Shown piece after piece: positions 1-7,845 of a stretch of DNA of 64,000 bases; the stretch's first letter is position 1, and each line of letters begins with the position of its first letter. A program made the translations under genes and the position numbers. The notes beneath the pieces are model-generated. The model did not search any database, was not told where the DNA came from, and was given only the letters and a program-made list of their open reading frames with translations. This DNA comes from Gammaproteobacteria bacterium. Its GTDB lineage: Bacteria; Pseudomonadota; Gammaproteobacteria; Xanthomonadales; SZUA-36. The stretch lies in contig JAUHYP010000013.1 in the NCBI GenBank assembly GCA_030426265.1, positions 3,817-67,816 of the forward strand, given 5' to 3'.

Positions 1-93
1 GCGGGTGTCGCCGGGTTCGGCGGCCGTCGCGACCACGGCAGCGGCGGCTAAAGAGAGGGCGATCAAGTTGGCAGTGAAGCGGAAAGAGGGCAC
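1..93 (-). CDS. 5' end of a gene for an exported protein running off the window (signal-peptide-like N-terminus only)
   Basis: The minus-strand frame from GTG at 93 reads VPSFRFTANLIALSLAAAAVVATAAEPGDTR. AGGA lies 8 nt upstream. The segment is too short for the ORF track. Confidence 0.3.
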   Translation of the reverse strand, partial: MPSFRFTANLIALSLAAAAVVATAAEPGDTR

Positions 94-237
94 GGCATTG
101 ATCCTTCTTGTTCGGTTGCCCGTACCCTAGCCGCCCACGGCTCCGAAAGCCATGGGGCCAGCGTCAGGGGGCCGGGGGCAGTCTATACTGCCTTTCTCCC
201 ACGGCATTGCGGATTCACCAATGATCAATTCCGAACA

Positions 238-681
238 ATGAACTGGACCGCCGCCTCGATCGTCATCGAACTCGTCGGCGTCATCGTCGTCGTGGTGACC
301 CTGTGGTACGTGGCCATACAGATCCGTCAGAACACCAACGCGCTGGTGGCCAGCACGCGGCAAGGCTTGCTCGATGCGGATCTCGGCCTGATTTCAGACT
401 TCATCGAGTACGGCATCGACCCACATTTGATCGGCGATGATATCGAACTGTCGGATCTGGACGAACGTCGGTTCACCTGGATCGTGATCAAGGCAATCCG
501 GGTCCGGGAATTCGCATGGCACCAGTATCATGCAGGGAATCTCGACGAGGAAACCTTTCAGTCCTATATGGCGCCTGTGCCTGGTATTTTTTCGACCGAA
601 CGTGCGAGGGCTATTCTGAAGTTCTACACAGGTAGTGAGGCGTTTCTGAAAATCCTCAAGGAGCATGCGGGGTTGAGTTGA
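238..681 (+). CDS. small membrane protein, function unknown
   Basis: 147-aa ORF with an N-terminal hydrophobic helix AASIVIELVGVIVVVVTLWYVAI. The overlapping antisense ORFs look like Arg/Gly/Pro-rich shadow frames. Confidence 0.55.
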   Translation: MNWTAASIVIELVGVIVVVVTLWYVAIQIRQNTNALVASTRQGLLDADLGLISDFIEYGIDPHLIGDDIELSDLDERRFTWIVIKAIRVREFAWHQYHAGNLDEETFQSYMAPVPGIFSTERARAILKFYTGSEAFLKILKEHAGLS

Positions 682-809
682 GCCAGCTGTGACTGGCCAA
701 CAACAGGGACATCGACGAACCCGTCCAGGGGAGGCCCCGGAATGAACACCAGCAAATTGCAGGCAGGCAGCGCGGTTCCCGCGCTCATCCAGGGAGACAG
801 GTCATCAAC

Positions 810-1877
810 ATGACAGCCAAACTGAACCCAATCATTTCCCAGGGGATGACCCGCCGGCAGCTCCTCGGCGCGGGCCTGGCGCTCGGTGCATCCTCGGTGG
901 CAAATGCCGTAACGCCCTGGCCCGGAGCGCCGGTGCGTTACCCCGATCCGCGACTGGTCAGCCTGGATCCGCGTTTCGACCGCTACCGCATCGGCAATAC
1001 GCCGGTGCAGCGCCTGCATACAGGAAACCTTTGGGCCGAGGGGCCGGCCTGGAACGCCGTGGGGCGCTACCTGCTCTGGAGTGACATTCCCGGCAACCAG
1101 CAATGGCGCTGGCTGGACGAGAATGGAGCCGTCAGCGTGCTGCGCAATCCTTCCAATCACAGCAACGGCAACACTTTCGATTTTCAGGGGCGCCAGATCA
1201 GTTGCGAACACCTCCGGGCGCTGGTGCGCTACGGGCACGACGGTGAACGCACGGTGCTCGCCGACCGCTACGACGGCAAGCGCCTGAACGCCCCGAACGA
1301 CGCGGTGGTGCATCCGGAGGACGGCGCGATCTGGTTCACCGACCCGGGCTACGGCAGCATGGGCGATTACGAAGGCGAACTCGGCGAGCTGGAGCTGAAG
1401 GAAGCGGTATACCGGCTCGACGTGCAGACCGGAGCGCTGGACAAGGTGACGGACGAACTGCACAAGCCGAACGGCCTGTGTTTCTCGCCGGATTACCGGA
1501 CCCTGTACATCACCGACACCGGCCTGCCCGAAGACAGCGCCGACGCGACCGGCATCATGGCGTGGGACGTGGACGGCAAGCGGCTGCGGAACCGCCGGCC
1601 GTTCGCTTCCATGACGCTCGACGGTCGCCGGGGGGCGGCGGACGGAATCCGGGCCGATGTCGATGGCAATATCTGGGCCAGCGCAGGATGGGTGGGCGAA
1701 GGTTACGACGGTGTGCATGTGTTCGCGCCCGACGGCCAGCGCATCGGCCAAATCCACCTCCCGGAGATCTGCTCGAACGTGTGTTTCGGTGGTGCCCGGC
1801 GCAATCGCCTGTTCATGACGGCCAGCCAGTCCGTGTACGCTGTCTACGTCGGTACCCGGGGCGCGCACATCACCTAG
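810..1877 (+). CDS. SMP-30/gluconolactonase/LRE-family (lactonase-like) protein, Tat-exported
   Basis: Twin-arginine signal MTRRQLLGAGLALGASSVANA. Family-typical strings are AEGPAWN, NAPNDAVVHPEDGAIWFTDP, PNGLCFSPD and ADGIRADVDGNIWAS. Confidence 0.85.
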   Translation: MTAKLNPIISQGMTRRQLLGAGLALGASSVANAVTPWPGAPVRYPDPRLVSLDPRFDRYRIGNTPVQRLHTGNLWAEGPAWNAVGRYLLWSDIPGNQQWRWLDENGAVSVLRNPSNHSNGNTFDFQGRQISCEHLRALVRYGHDGERTVLADRYDGKRLNAPNDAVVHPEDGAIWFTDPGYGSMGDYEGELGELELKEAVYRLDVQTGALDKVTDELHKPNGLCFSPDYRTLYITDTGLPEDSADATGIMAWDVDGKRLRNRRPFASMTLDGRRGAADGIRADVDGNIWASAGWVGEGYDGVHVFAPDGQRIGQIHLPEICSNVCFGGARRNRLFMTASQSVYAVYVGTRGAHIT

Positions 1878-2016
1878 GCGGCTAAAGGCAGTCGGTCAGA
1901 CCCCGTCCGGAACCTGAAGGGATCGGCAGCATGTCGGGTGTCAACCGGGGCTGGAGGGCGCAGCAGGGAATTCAGTCGTCACACGACACTCGATATCGAG
2001 ATTCCCGATCCCGGTA

Positions 2017-4485
2017 TCAACGCGCATCGCCGTTCACCAGTTCGTTGGCGGCGTGGGCCAGGAACAGGTAGCTGCCGCCCAGGTTGATCACGTACTCGTT
2101 CTCGCCCCAGAGGAACGGCCAGTCCTCCTTGTTCTCCGGCAGGTCCGGTTTCAGGATCAGCACGCCGGGCACGATGCCTCCGGCGATGAACGAGAAATCC
2201 GCGCGGTTCATTCCGTACGCCACGCGCTTGGACTCCGCGCCGACGGCGGACACGAAGGAAATGTCGGAATCGGGATGCGTCCCGAACACGTAGTTCAGTC
2301 CGCCCAGCACGTCCTCGGCGCTGAACAGGTCCGGCCAGGCCTTGTGCAGGTACCAGTTGGCCACCGCGATATTGATGATCGCGCCATTGCCGGCCCAGCC
2401 GCCTTCCGTGATCAGAACGCCGAACGGATTTGCGGTGCGCATTTCCGCCCAGCGCTCCGCATGAGCCTCCGCCATCGAACGCACCTGTTCCCGGAATGCC
2501 TGGTCCATTTTCGGCAGCGCCTTCAGCACCGGGACCACGTGAAAGGCGAACTGCGACTCGATGGTCGACAGGTCGGCGCGCAGTGCATCGGCAAACCGTG
2601 ATTCACCCGTTGCGAGCAGGAGTTCAGCGTTGGCGCGAATGCGTTCGCCTTCCAGCGAGCCACCGGTGGTGTTGCCGTGGCGGAAAAGGTGCGGTTCGTG
2701 GTCCTGCTCCTCTTCCCAGGCGCGCAGGGCCGTTGCCAAGGCCTTGTCCGCCAGCGCATCGTCGAAGCCACGCAGCGCTCGGCTGGCGGCCGCCAGTCCG
2801 GCGACCGAGCCGTAGTTGAGCGCGGATGACCGGCTGGTGAAGGCCCAGCGGTCGTCGAATTTGCCCGAGCGACCGCCTTTCACTTCCAGTTCGCCCAGGT
2901 CGGGGTCGTACACGAGGTTGTCGGTCATGGTCAGGCCGTCGCCCAGGTGGGTGTACTGCGACAGGTCCGGCACGATGATGCCGGGGATGGCGTGCCCCAC
3001 CGCCTCGTGCTGGGCCAACAGCTGCAGGGCGCCGTGCGTGATCTGTTGCAGGATGTCCGGCCTGCCGTCAGGCACGTGAAGGTCGACGTACTTGCGGTCA
3101 TAGTCGACCAGGGTGTTGTCCCGTTCGGGGCGGAACGTCTCCCAGGTCGCGACCAGGCCCAGTACCGCGGAATACTGCGTCTGCGTGCGGATGTCGTAGT
3201 CCCCGGCGTCGTACCAGCCCCCGACATTCAACCCGGGGATGTGTTCCCCGGGCTGGAACGGCGATTCGGTGGTCGGTCCCTGGGCGTAGAGATCGAAGTG
3301 CTCGTGATTGACCGGTGCCTGCAGGGCATCGTCGAGGTGCGAGGCGCCGTGCCACACCCGGTAGGCCTCGTTGACCAGGACATGGTCCATCTGCACGGGA
3401 AAGAAGACGTCCAGGGTCGGCTGCCAGGTGTTGGCGTAAGCGTCCGAGGCGATCCGAAACGGCGCGGTAACGACGTCGCCGAATTCCAGCCGGTACAGGC
3501 CCGGTGTATCGACGTCGCTGAAGTCGAACGTGGCGTAGTCGTAGCGTTTCCACCGGCCCCAGGGTTCGGGCGTGGCGGACTTGACGGTTTCCGTCCCGTT
3601 CGCCCCGATGCGCACCAGTCGGGCCTCACCCTCGTCCGTGTCGTTCGGGTCGCGTTCGATCACCGCGACCTTGTGGAAGCCGGGCGCGTAACCGACCTGC
3701 GAATGCGCGATGACGGGCGCGCGCGTCCAGCCCTCGATGGCGTTCGCAGTGAGTGACCACTCCAGCACCTTGCCGCTGCGCTCGGACGGCAGCAGCGAGC
3801 GCACCACGAACCAGCCGTTCTGCGCCTTGGCGCGCCCGTCGTACAGCGCCATCTCGACATCGGAAACCAGCGAGACCCGACGCTCCGGATCGCCGGGGGC
3901 GAGCACCAGCCGCTTGCCGGCGGCCAGCGGGACGGGCGCGACGCCATCGACGCTTTCCTTCGGACCGGTGGGGTACAGGGGAAACTGCCCGGTGGCGTCA
4001 TCGGCGATGAAGGCCCGGCCGAAATAGGCCGATGGCAGGAACTCCAGGTTGAATCCGGCGACGCCTTCCAGTGCTTTGGGAAGGGGTTCTGGCAGGTGCA
4101 CGGATACAGTGATGGCTTCGCCGTCGCCCCGCGCCTCGATGGTGAATTCGAAGTCGTGGTCATCGTAACGCGACGTGGCCCGGACCACCCCGGCATCCGG
4201 GTCGACTTCGCGCCCCTGGAACGCGGGAATCGCGTCCCACTGCTCCGGGGTGGCGTGCAGGCGCACATCGCCGTTCGTCGCTGTGCGCCGTCCGTGGTGG
4301 ACCAGTTCCATGCCGCTGATCTTCGAGTCGCTGAACAAGCCGTCGTACCAGTTGCTGAACACCAGCCAGTTGACGCCACGCGTCTCGAAATACTCCTTGT
4401 CATTGAGCTGGAGCGCCGCATCGGCCTTGGAGGCTGGCATGGCAAGGAAAATGGAAAGCAGTGCCAGGGTGAGCCGCTTCTGCAT
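2017..4485 (-). CDS. glycoside hydrolase family 9 (endoglucanase-like) with N-terminal Ig-like region
   Basis: Signal peptide MQKRLTLALLSIFLAMPASKADA. GH9 hallmark GGWYDAGDYD lies in the catalytic core and NEYVINLGGSYLFLAH near the C-terminus. Confidence 0.85.
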   Translation of the reverse strand: MQKRLTLALLSIFLAMPASKADAALQLNDKEYFETRGVNWLVFSNWYDGLFSDSKISGMELVHHGRRTATNGDVRLHATPEQWDAIPAFQGREVDPDAGVVRATSRYDDHDFEFTIEARGDGEAITVSVHLPEPLPKALEGVAGFNLEFLPSAYFGRAFIADDATGQFPLYPTGPKESVDGVAPVPLAAGKRLVLAPGDPERRVSLVSDVEMALYDGRAKAQNGWFVVRSLLPSERSGKVLEWSLTANAIEGWTRAPVIAHSQVGYAPGFHKVAVIERDPNDTDEGEARLVRIGANGTETVKSATPEPWGRWKRYDYATFDFSDVDTPGLYRLEFGDVVTAPFRIASDAYANTWQPTLDVFFPVQMDHVLVNEAYRVWHGASHLDDALQAPVNHEHFDLYAQGPTTESPFQPGEHIPGLNVGGWYDAGDYDIRTQTQYSAVLGLVATWETFRPERDNTLVDYDRKYVDLHVPDGRPDILQQITHGALQLLAQHEAVGHAIPGIIVPDLSQYTHLGDGLTMTDNLVYDPDLGELEVKGGRSGKFDDRWAFTSRSSALNYGSVAGLAAASRALRGFDDALADKALATALRAWEEEQDHEPHLFRHGNTTGGSLEGERIRANAELLLATGESRFADALRADLSTIESQFAFHVVPVLKALPKMDQAFREQVRSMAEAHAERWAEMRTANPFGVLITEGGWAGNGAIINIAVANWYLHKAWPDLFSAEDVLGGLNYVFGTHPDSDISFVSAVGAESKRVAYGMNRADFSFIAGGIVPGVLILKPDLPENKEDWPFLWGENEYVINLGGSYLFLAHAANELVNGDAR

Positions 4486-4540
4486 GGTGCGCGTGACCTA
4501 CGTTGTCATCATCTTTCCCGAAGCATACCAAGCCGTGAGG

Positions 4541-5857
4541 TCACAGCGGCCAGGGGCCGTAGATCTTCCAGGGACCGGAGGATTCCCGGCGCAGGGGAAT
4601 CCGGTTGTCCGGTTCCACCTGTACGCCGCGTTCGTCGTAGCGAAGAATCCGCACGGTTGCCTGTTCGACCAGGGGCTTGGCGCGCGCGGCGAGATCGGAC
4701 TGGTCGTCTTCGCTGAGGAATACCGACTCGAGGTCATTGGCCCGCTCACCCTGGATGACCACGTCGCTGACCACCTCGTCGGGTTCGACGTGCACGTACA
4801 GGTCGCGCAGCCGCCTCTGGGTGATGTCCCAGTAGTAGCGCAACCGCTCCCGGCTGCGGTCCGTTTCCTTCCAACTGTCGTGGATCAGCGACAGGTAGAG
4901 CTCCCAGTTGCGTTCCTTGATGGCCGCTACGTAGGCCGCCATCACCTCCAGCGGTGGCGCGTCCGCGCGAACCTCCGTCACCGAATAATTCGCCGATTTC
5001 AGCGATTCGAGGGTTTCCTGGCCGGCAAATCGGCCGGGTTCGGTTCCCGTACCGGCCAGTGCCACGGTCCGGCCCGGCACGCGCAGGGCGACGGGTTCCA
5101 CAACCCACCCGAAATGCGCGGCCGTGACGGGTTCCGCGCCCGCTTCAGGCACCATCAGGTCGATGCCTTCGATGGTGCCCAGCAGGCTCCAGGGACCGGC
5201 GGTGTCGGCGCTGACCTGGCTCTGGTACTCGCGCAGGGCCCGGTAGGCGGTGGCCCAGCCACGTCCGGACAGGTCGACGAACCAGAGGCCTTCAGAGGGT
5301 GATCCCACCGCCAGCCAGGATTTACCCGCGCTGGTGAACTGGCGCGCCGGGTAGTCGATCAGGCCGTCGAGCACCACGGTCCGGCCCTGCAGGGCGGCGG
5401 AGGAGGTGGACCGGTAGTCGGGTGCGGGCAGGGCAGGGCCTTCGAGCGCCTGGTCGGCGCGTGATTCCAGCAGTTGGGTCCAGGCCTCGTCCGCAGTGCC
5501 GGCGAGCTGATCGACCAGGGCCTCCTGGGCGGCGCGGTAGGCCACCATCTCCGGGGTGATCTCGAACACCGTGCCGCGACTGGCCAGCAGCGCGGCCCGG
5601 ACGCGGTCGAACAGGTCCTGCACGCGCGGGTCATCCGGATTGGATTCATTGAGCGCGGCGACCCGGCGCATGGCCTCCTTCGCGTCATGACCAGGGTTGA
5701 AAGGCGCGCCGTCCGCCCGTTCAACCTGCAACTCGAACTCGGACAGGTAGCGCTCGGCGGCGGACAGGGCCGAGGGTGACGGGGCATCGGACTGGGCGTT
5801 CACCAGCAGGGGTGCGGCCAGCAGGACAATGGTAAAAATGCGGTTCAGCCGGTTCAT
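4541..5857 (-). CDS. secreted protein, function unknown
   Basis: 438-aa ORF with signal peptide MNRLNRIFTIVLLAAPLLVNAQS. Its start overlaps the stop of the upstream gene (ATGA at 5854-5857). I recognise no domain. Confidence 0.7.
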   Translation of the reverse strand: MNRLNRIFTIVLLAAPLLVNAQSDAPSPSALSAAERYLSEFELQVERADGAPFNPGHDAKEAMRRVAALNESNPDDPRVQDLFDRVRAALLASRGTVFEITPEMVAYRAAQEALVDQLAGTADEAWTQLLESRADQALEGPALPAPDYRSTSSAALQGRTVVLDGLIDYPARQFTSAGKSWLAVGSPSEGLWFVDLSGRGWATAYRALREYQSQVSADTAGPWSLLGTIEGIDLMVPEAGAEPVTAAHFGWVVEPVALRVPGRTVALAGTGTEPGRFAGQETLESLKSANYSVTEVRADAPPLEVMAAYVAAIKERNWELYLSLIHDSWKETDRSRERLRYYWDITQRRLRDLYVHVEPDEVVSDVVIQGERANDLESVFLSEDDQSDLAARAKPLVEQATVRILRYDERGVQVEPDNRIPLRRESSGPWKIYGPWPL

Positions 5858-6921
5858 GATGACAGCACCTCCCTGGCTTGTTGCACGGCGGCGGCCCAGC
5901 GCCGCGCCAGTTCCTCGTACCGTGTCGACAGGTCATCGAAGCTCTTGATGCCCAGCGGCAACCGCACCTCGCTGCCGAACTCGCCGGTCCGCAACGGCAG
6001 GGTGACCTCTTCGAGGTCGTCCACACTCCTGGTGAAGGTCTCCCGGCGTTGCAGGACCTCCTTGATGAACTTCTCGTAGAGTCCCGCCGTGCCTCGGGAA
6101 CCGGTGAGGCTCGCGGGCAGGCCGGCAATCAGGTCGTCGTAGACTTCCTCGCGCTCCTCCAGCCAGTCGAGGTAGTCCGAGTAGGCGGATTCCCGGCGGC
6201 CGCCGGCTTTCACCGTGTTCTCCAGCAGGGAGATCTCGGTGGGGTAGACGTGTCTCGCATCTTCTTCCACCTGAAACTGCGCCAGTTCGCTTCGCTCAGC
6301 GTCGGTCAGCGTTCGTCCCATCCTCGCCTTGGACAGGATGGGTTCAACCTCGGCCAACGTGTCGTCGATGTCCTCGATCAGGGTGGCCGCGAACTCCACG
6401 TTATCGACGAGCGTGTTCCAGCTCTTGGCGGCGTGGCCGGTCGATTCCTGCAGCCACTCCGTCTCCTCCTCGAGTTGGTAGAAGACGATCGCCGCCGTGC
6501 TGCCGTGTTCGCACAACTGGCTGACGGCCTCGGTTTCGTCGGCGATCCAGTCGGTGACCTCGGATGACAGGCCGGCATCCCCGGGCGCGGCATCCTGCAG
6601 CTGCCCCAGCAGATCCACGAGGCCGACCAGCACCTGGTCGCAGTGGTCGTCCCAGTCATGGCTGGGTTCGTCGCCATCGGCATCCAGCGAAAAGTACCGG
6701 GTCATGGCGTTCAAGGCCGAGTACCAGGTGTTGCGATAAAGGATGAAATAAGGCTGTCCCCAGGGCGGAATGCGGGGCGGAGACTCGGCCGAGGCCCAGA
6801 CCATCCCGGTACGTTCTTCCGTCCGGGCATCTTTCTCCGGGTCCCAGTCGATCTGGGCGTCGGAGAGAGGACTGATCAGCAGGCCGGTCAACAGCACGGC
6901 AATGGATGTCGGGTGGCGCAT
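5854..6921 (-). CDS. secreted acidic helical protein, function unknown
   Basis: 355-aa ORF with signal peptide MRHPTSIAVLLTGLLISPLSDAQ and GAGGAA SD upstream. I recognise no domain. Confidence 0.7.
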   Translation of the reverse strand: MRHPTSIAVLLTGLLISPLSDAQIDWDPEKDARTEERTGMVWASAESPPRIPPWGQPYFILYRNTWYSALNAMTRYFSLDADGDEPSHDWDDHCDQVLVGLVDLLGQLQDAAPGDAGLSSEVTDWIADETEAVSQLCEHGSTAAIVFYQLEEETEWLQESTGHAAKSWNTLVDNVEFAATLIEDIDDTLAEVEPILSKARMGRTLTDAERSELAQFQVEEDARHVYPTEISLLENTVKAGGRRESAYSDYLDWLEEREEVYDDLIAGLPASLTGSRGTAGLYEKFIKEVLQRRETFTRSVDDLEEVTLPLRTGEFGSEVRLPLGIKSFDDLSTRYEELARRWAAAVQQAREVLSS

Positions 6922-6992
6922 GACGGATTCCTCGTATCCGGAAAAGTGGCGGGCGGACTCCCCTTGTCCGCCCGCCGTTCCCCTTGGAGCCC

Positions 6993-7706
6993 CTACGGGT
7001 GGCGAGCGGAAAGTGGCAGCGTGGCGGCGGAGAAGCTCACGCGGGTTTCGGGGTCGAGCGACAGGGGCGCCACGATGAGCAGGCTGTCGGCCGGGCCTTC
7101 GTAGCTGGCGCCGTCGGAGCCCCAGACGGCTTCGAGCACCTGCTCCGGCGTGGCGGCGCCCTTGCCGCCGACACCGCGGCGGTAGGCGCGGGTGGCGCCG
7201 GGGTTGAACAAGACGCCGTCGGTCCCCCAGACCGCTTCCAGTGGCCCGCCCAGGATGCCGAACAGCGGATCCTCGAAGCCGAACAGGGGGTCCTCGAACC
7301 CACTGGGCGGCGCGACCTTGCCGAACAGCGGGTCCTCGAATCCGAACAGCGGGTCTTCGAAACCCTGCCAGGGTGAGCGCAGCCGACCCTTGCCGGCCAG
7401 CTGAAGGCTTTCCTGGCCGGCCACGGCCGTCATGGGCTGTGACAGGGCGCCATAAAGGATCTTTCCGCTGCGCATGTCGAGCACGCCGGCCACCAGGATG
7501 AAGTCCTCGCTTTCGCGCACGGCGGCTGACAGGCGGGTGTTTTCCAGTACCAGTTGTGCCAGGTCAGGCAGGTTGTCGTAGCGTCGTTCGGTGATGTCTT
7601 CGTCGAACCAGGCGGCAACCAGGTCCTGGCGCTGGGCCATTGCCTGGGTGGACAGGGCAAGGGCCAGGGTGGCCAGGCCCAGGTTTCTGAGTACGTTGAA
7701 TCTCAT
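6993..7706 (-). CDS. secreted protein with GFEDPLF tandem motifs, function unknown
   Basis: The first ATG with a good SD (GAGGAGGAAACC) is at 7706, giving MRFNVLRNLGLATLALALSTQAMAQ. The ORF-track start at 7907 is an upstream extension. The protein contains GFEDPLFGFEDPLFG twice and LEAVWG(T/S)DG twice. Confidence 0.65.
   Translation of the reverse strand: MRFNVLRNLGLATLALALSTQAMAQRQDLVAAWFDEDITERRYDNLPDLAQLVLENTRLSAAVRESEDFILVAGVLDMRSGKILYGALSQPMTAVAGQESLQLAGKGRLRSPWQGFEDPLFGFEDPLFGKVAPPSGFEDPLFGFEDPLFGILGGPLEAVWGTDGVLFNPGATRAYRRGVGGKGAATPEQVLEAVWGSDGASYEGPADSLLIVAPLSLDPETRVSFSAATLPLSARHP
7258..7365 (-). repeat. in-frame tandem coding repeat (4 x GFEDPLF in two pairs)
   Basis: Nucleotide units CCGAACAG(C/G)GG(A/G)TCCTCGAA recur at 7258-7301 and 7321-7365, read directly from the sequence. 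Confidence 0.8.
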
Positions 7707-7845
7707 GGTTTCCTCCTCGTGGTTCGGTGCCGTGCCGGAACCGGAACAAGCGGTCATGACAAGGCCATCGATGATGCTTTCCCCTCTGTCCACACGCGGG
7801 CGGGGGAAAAGGTGACACGCCAGGAGAAAAAAATTTCTTGGGAGG

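Noticed and set aside
1990-1999. A perfect 10-bp palindrome TCGATATCGA between the convergent lactonase-like and GH9 genes, considered as a terminator or operator.
   Set aside because: It is too short and has no flanking stem or U-tract. It has no supporting context.
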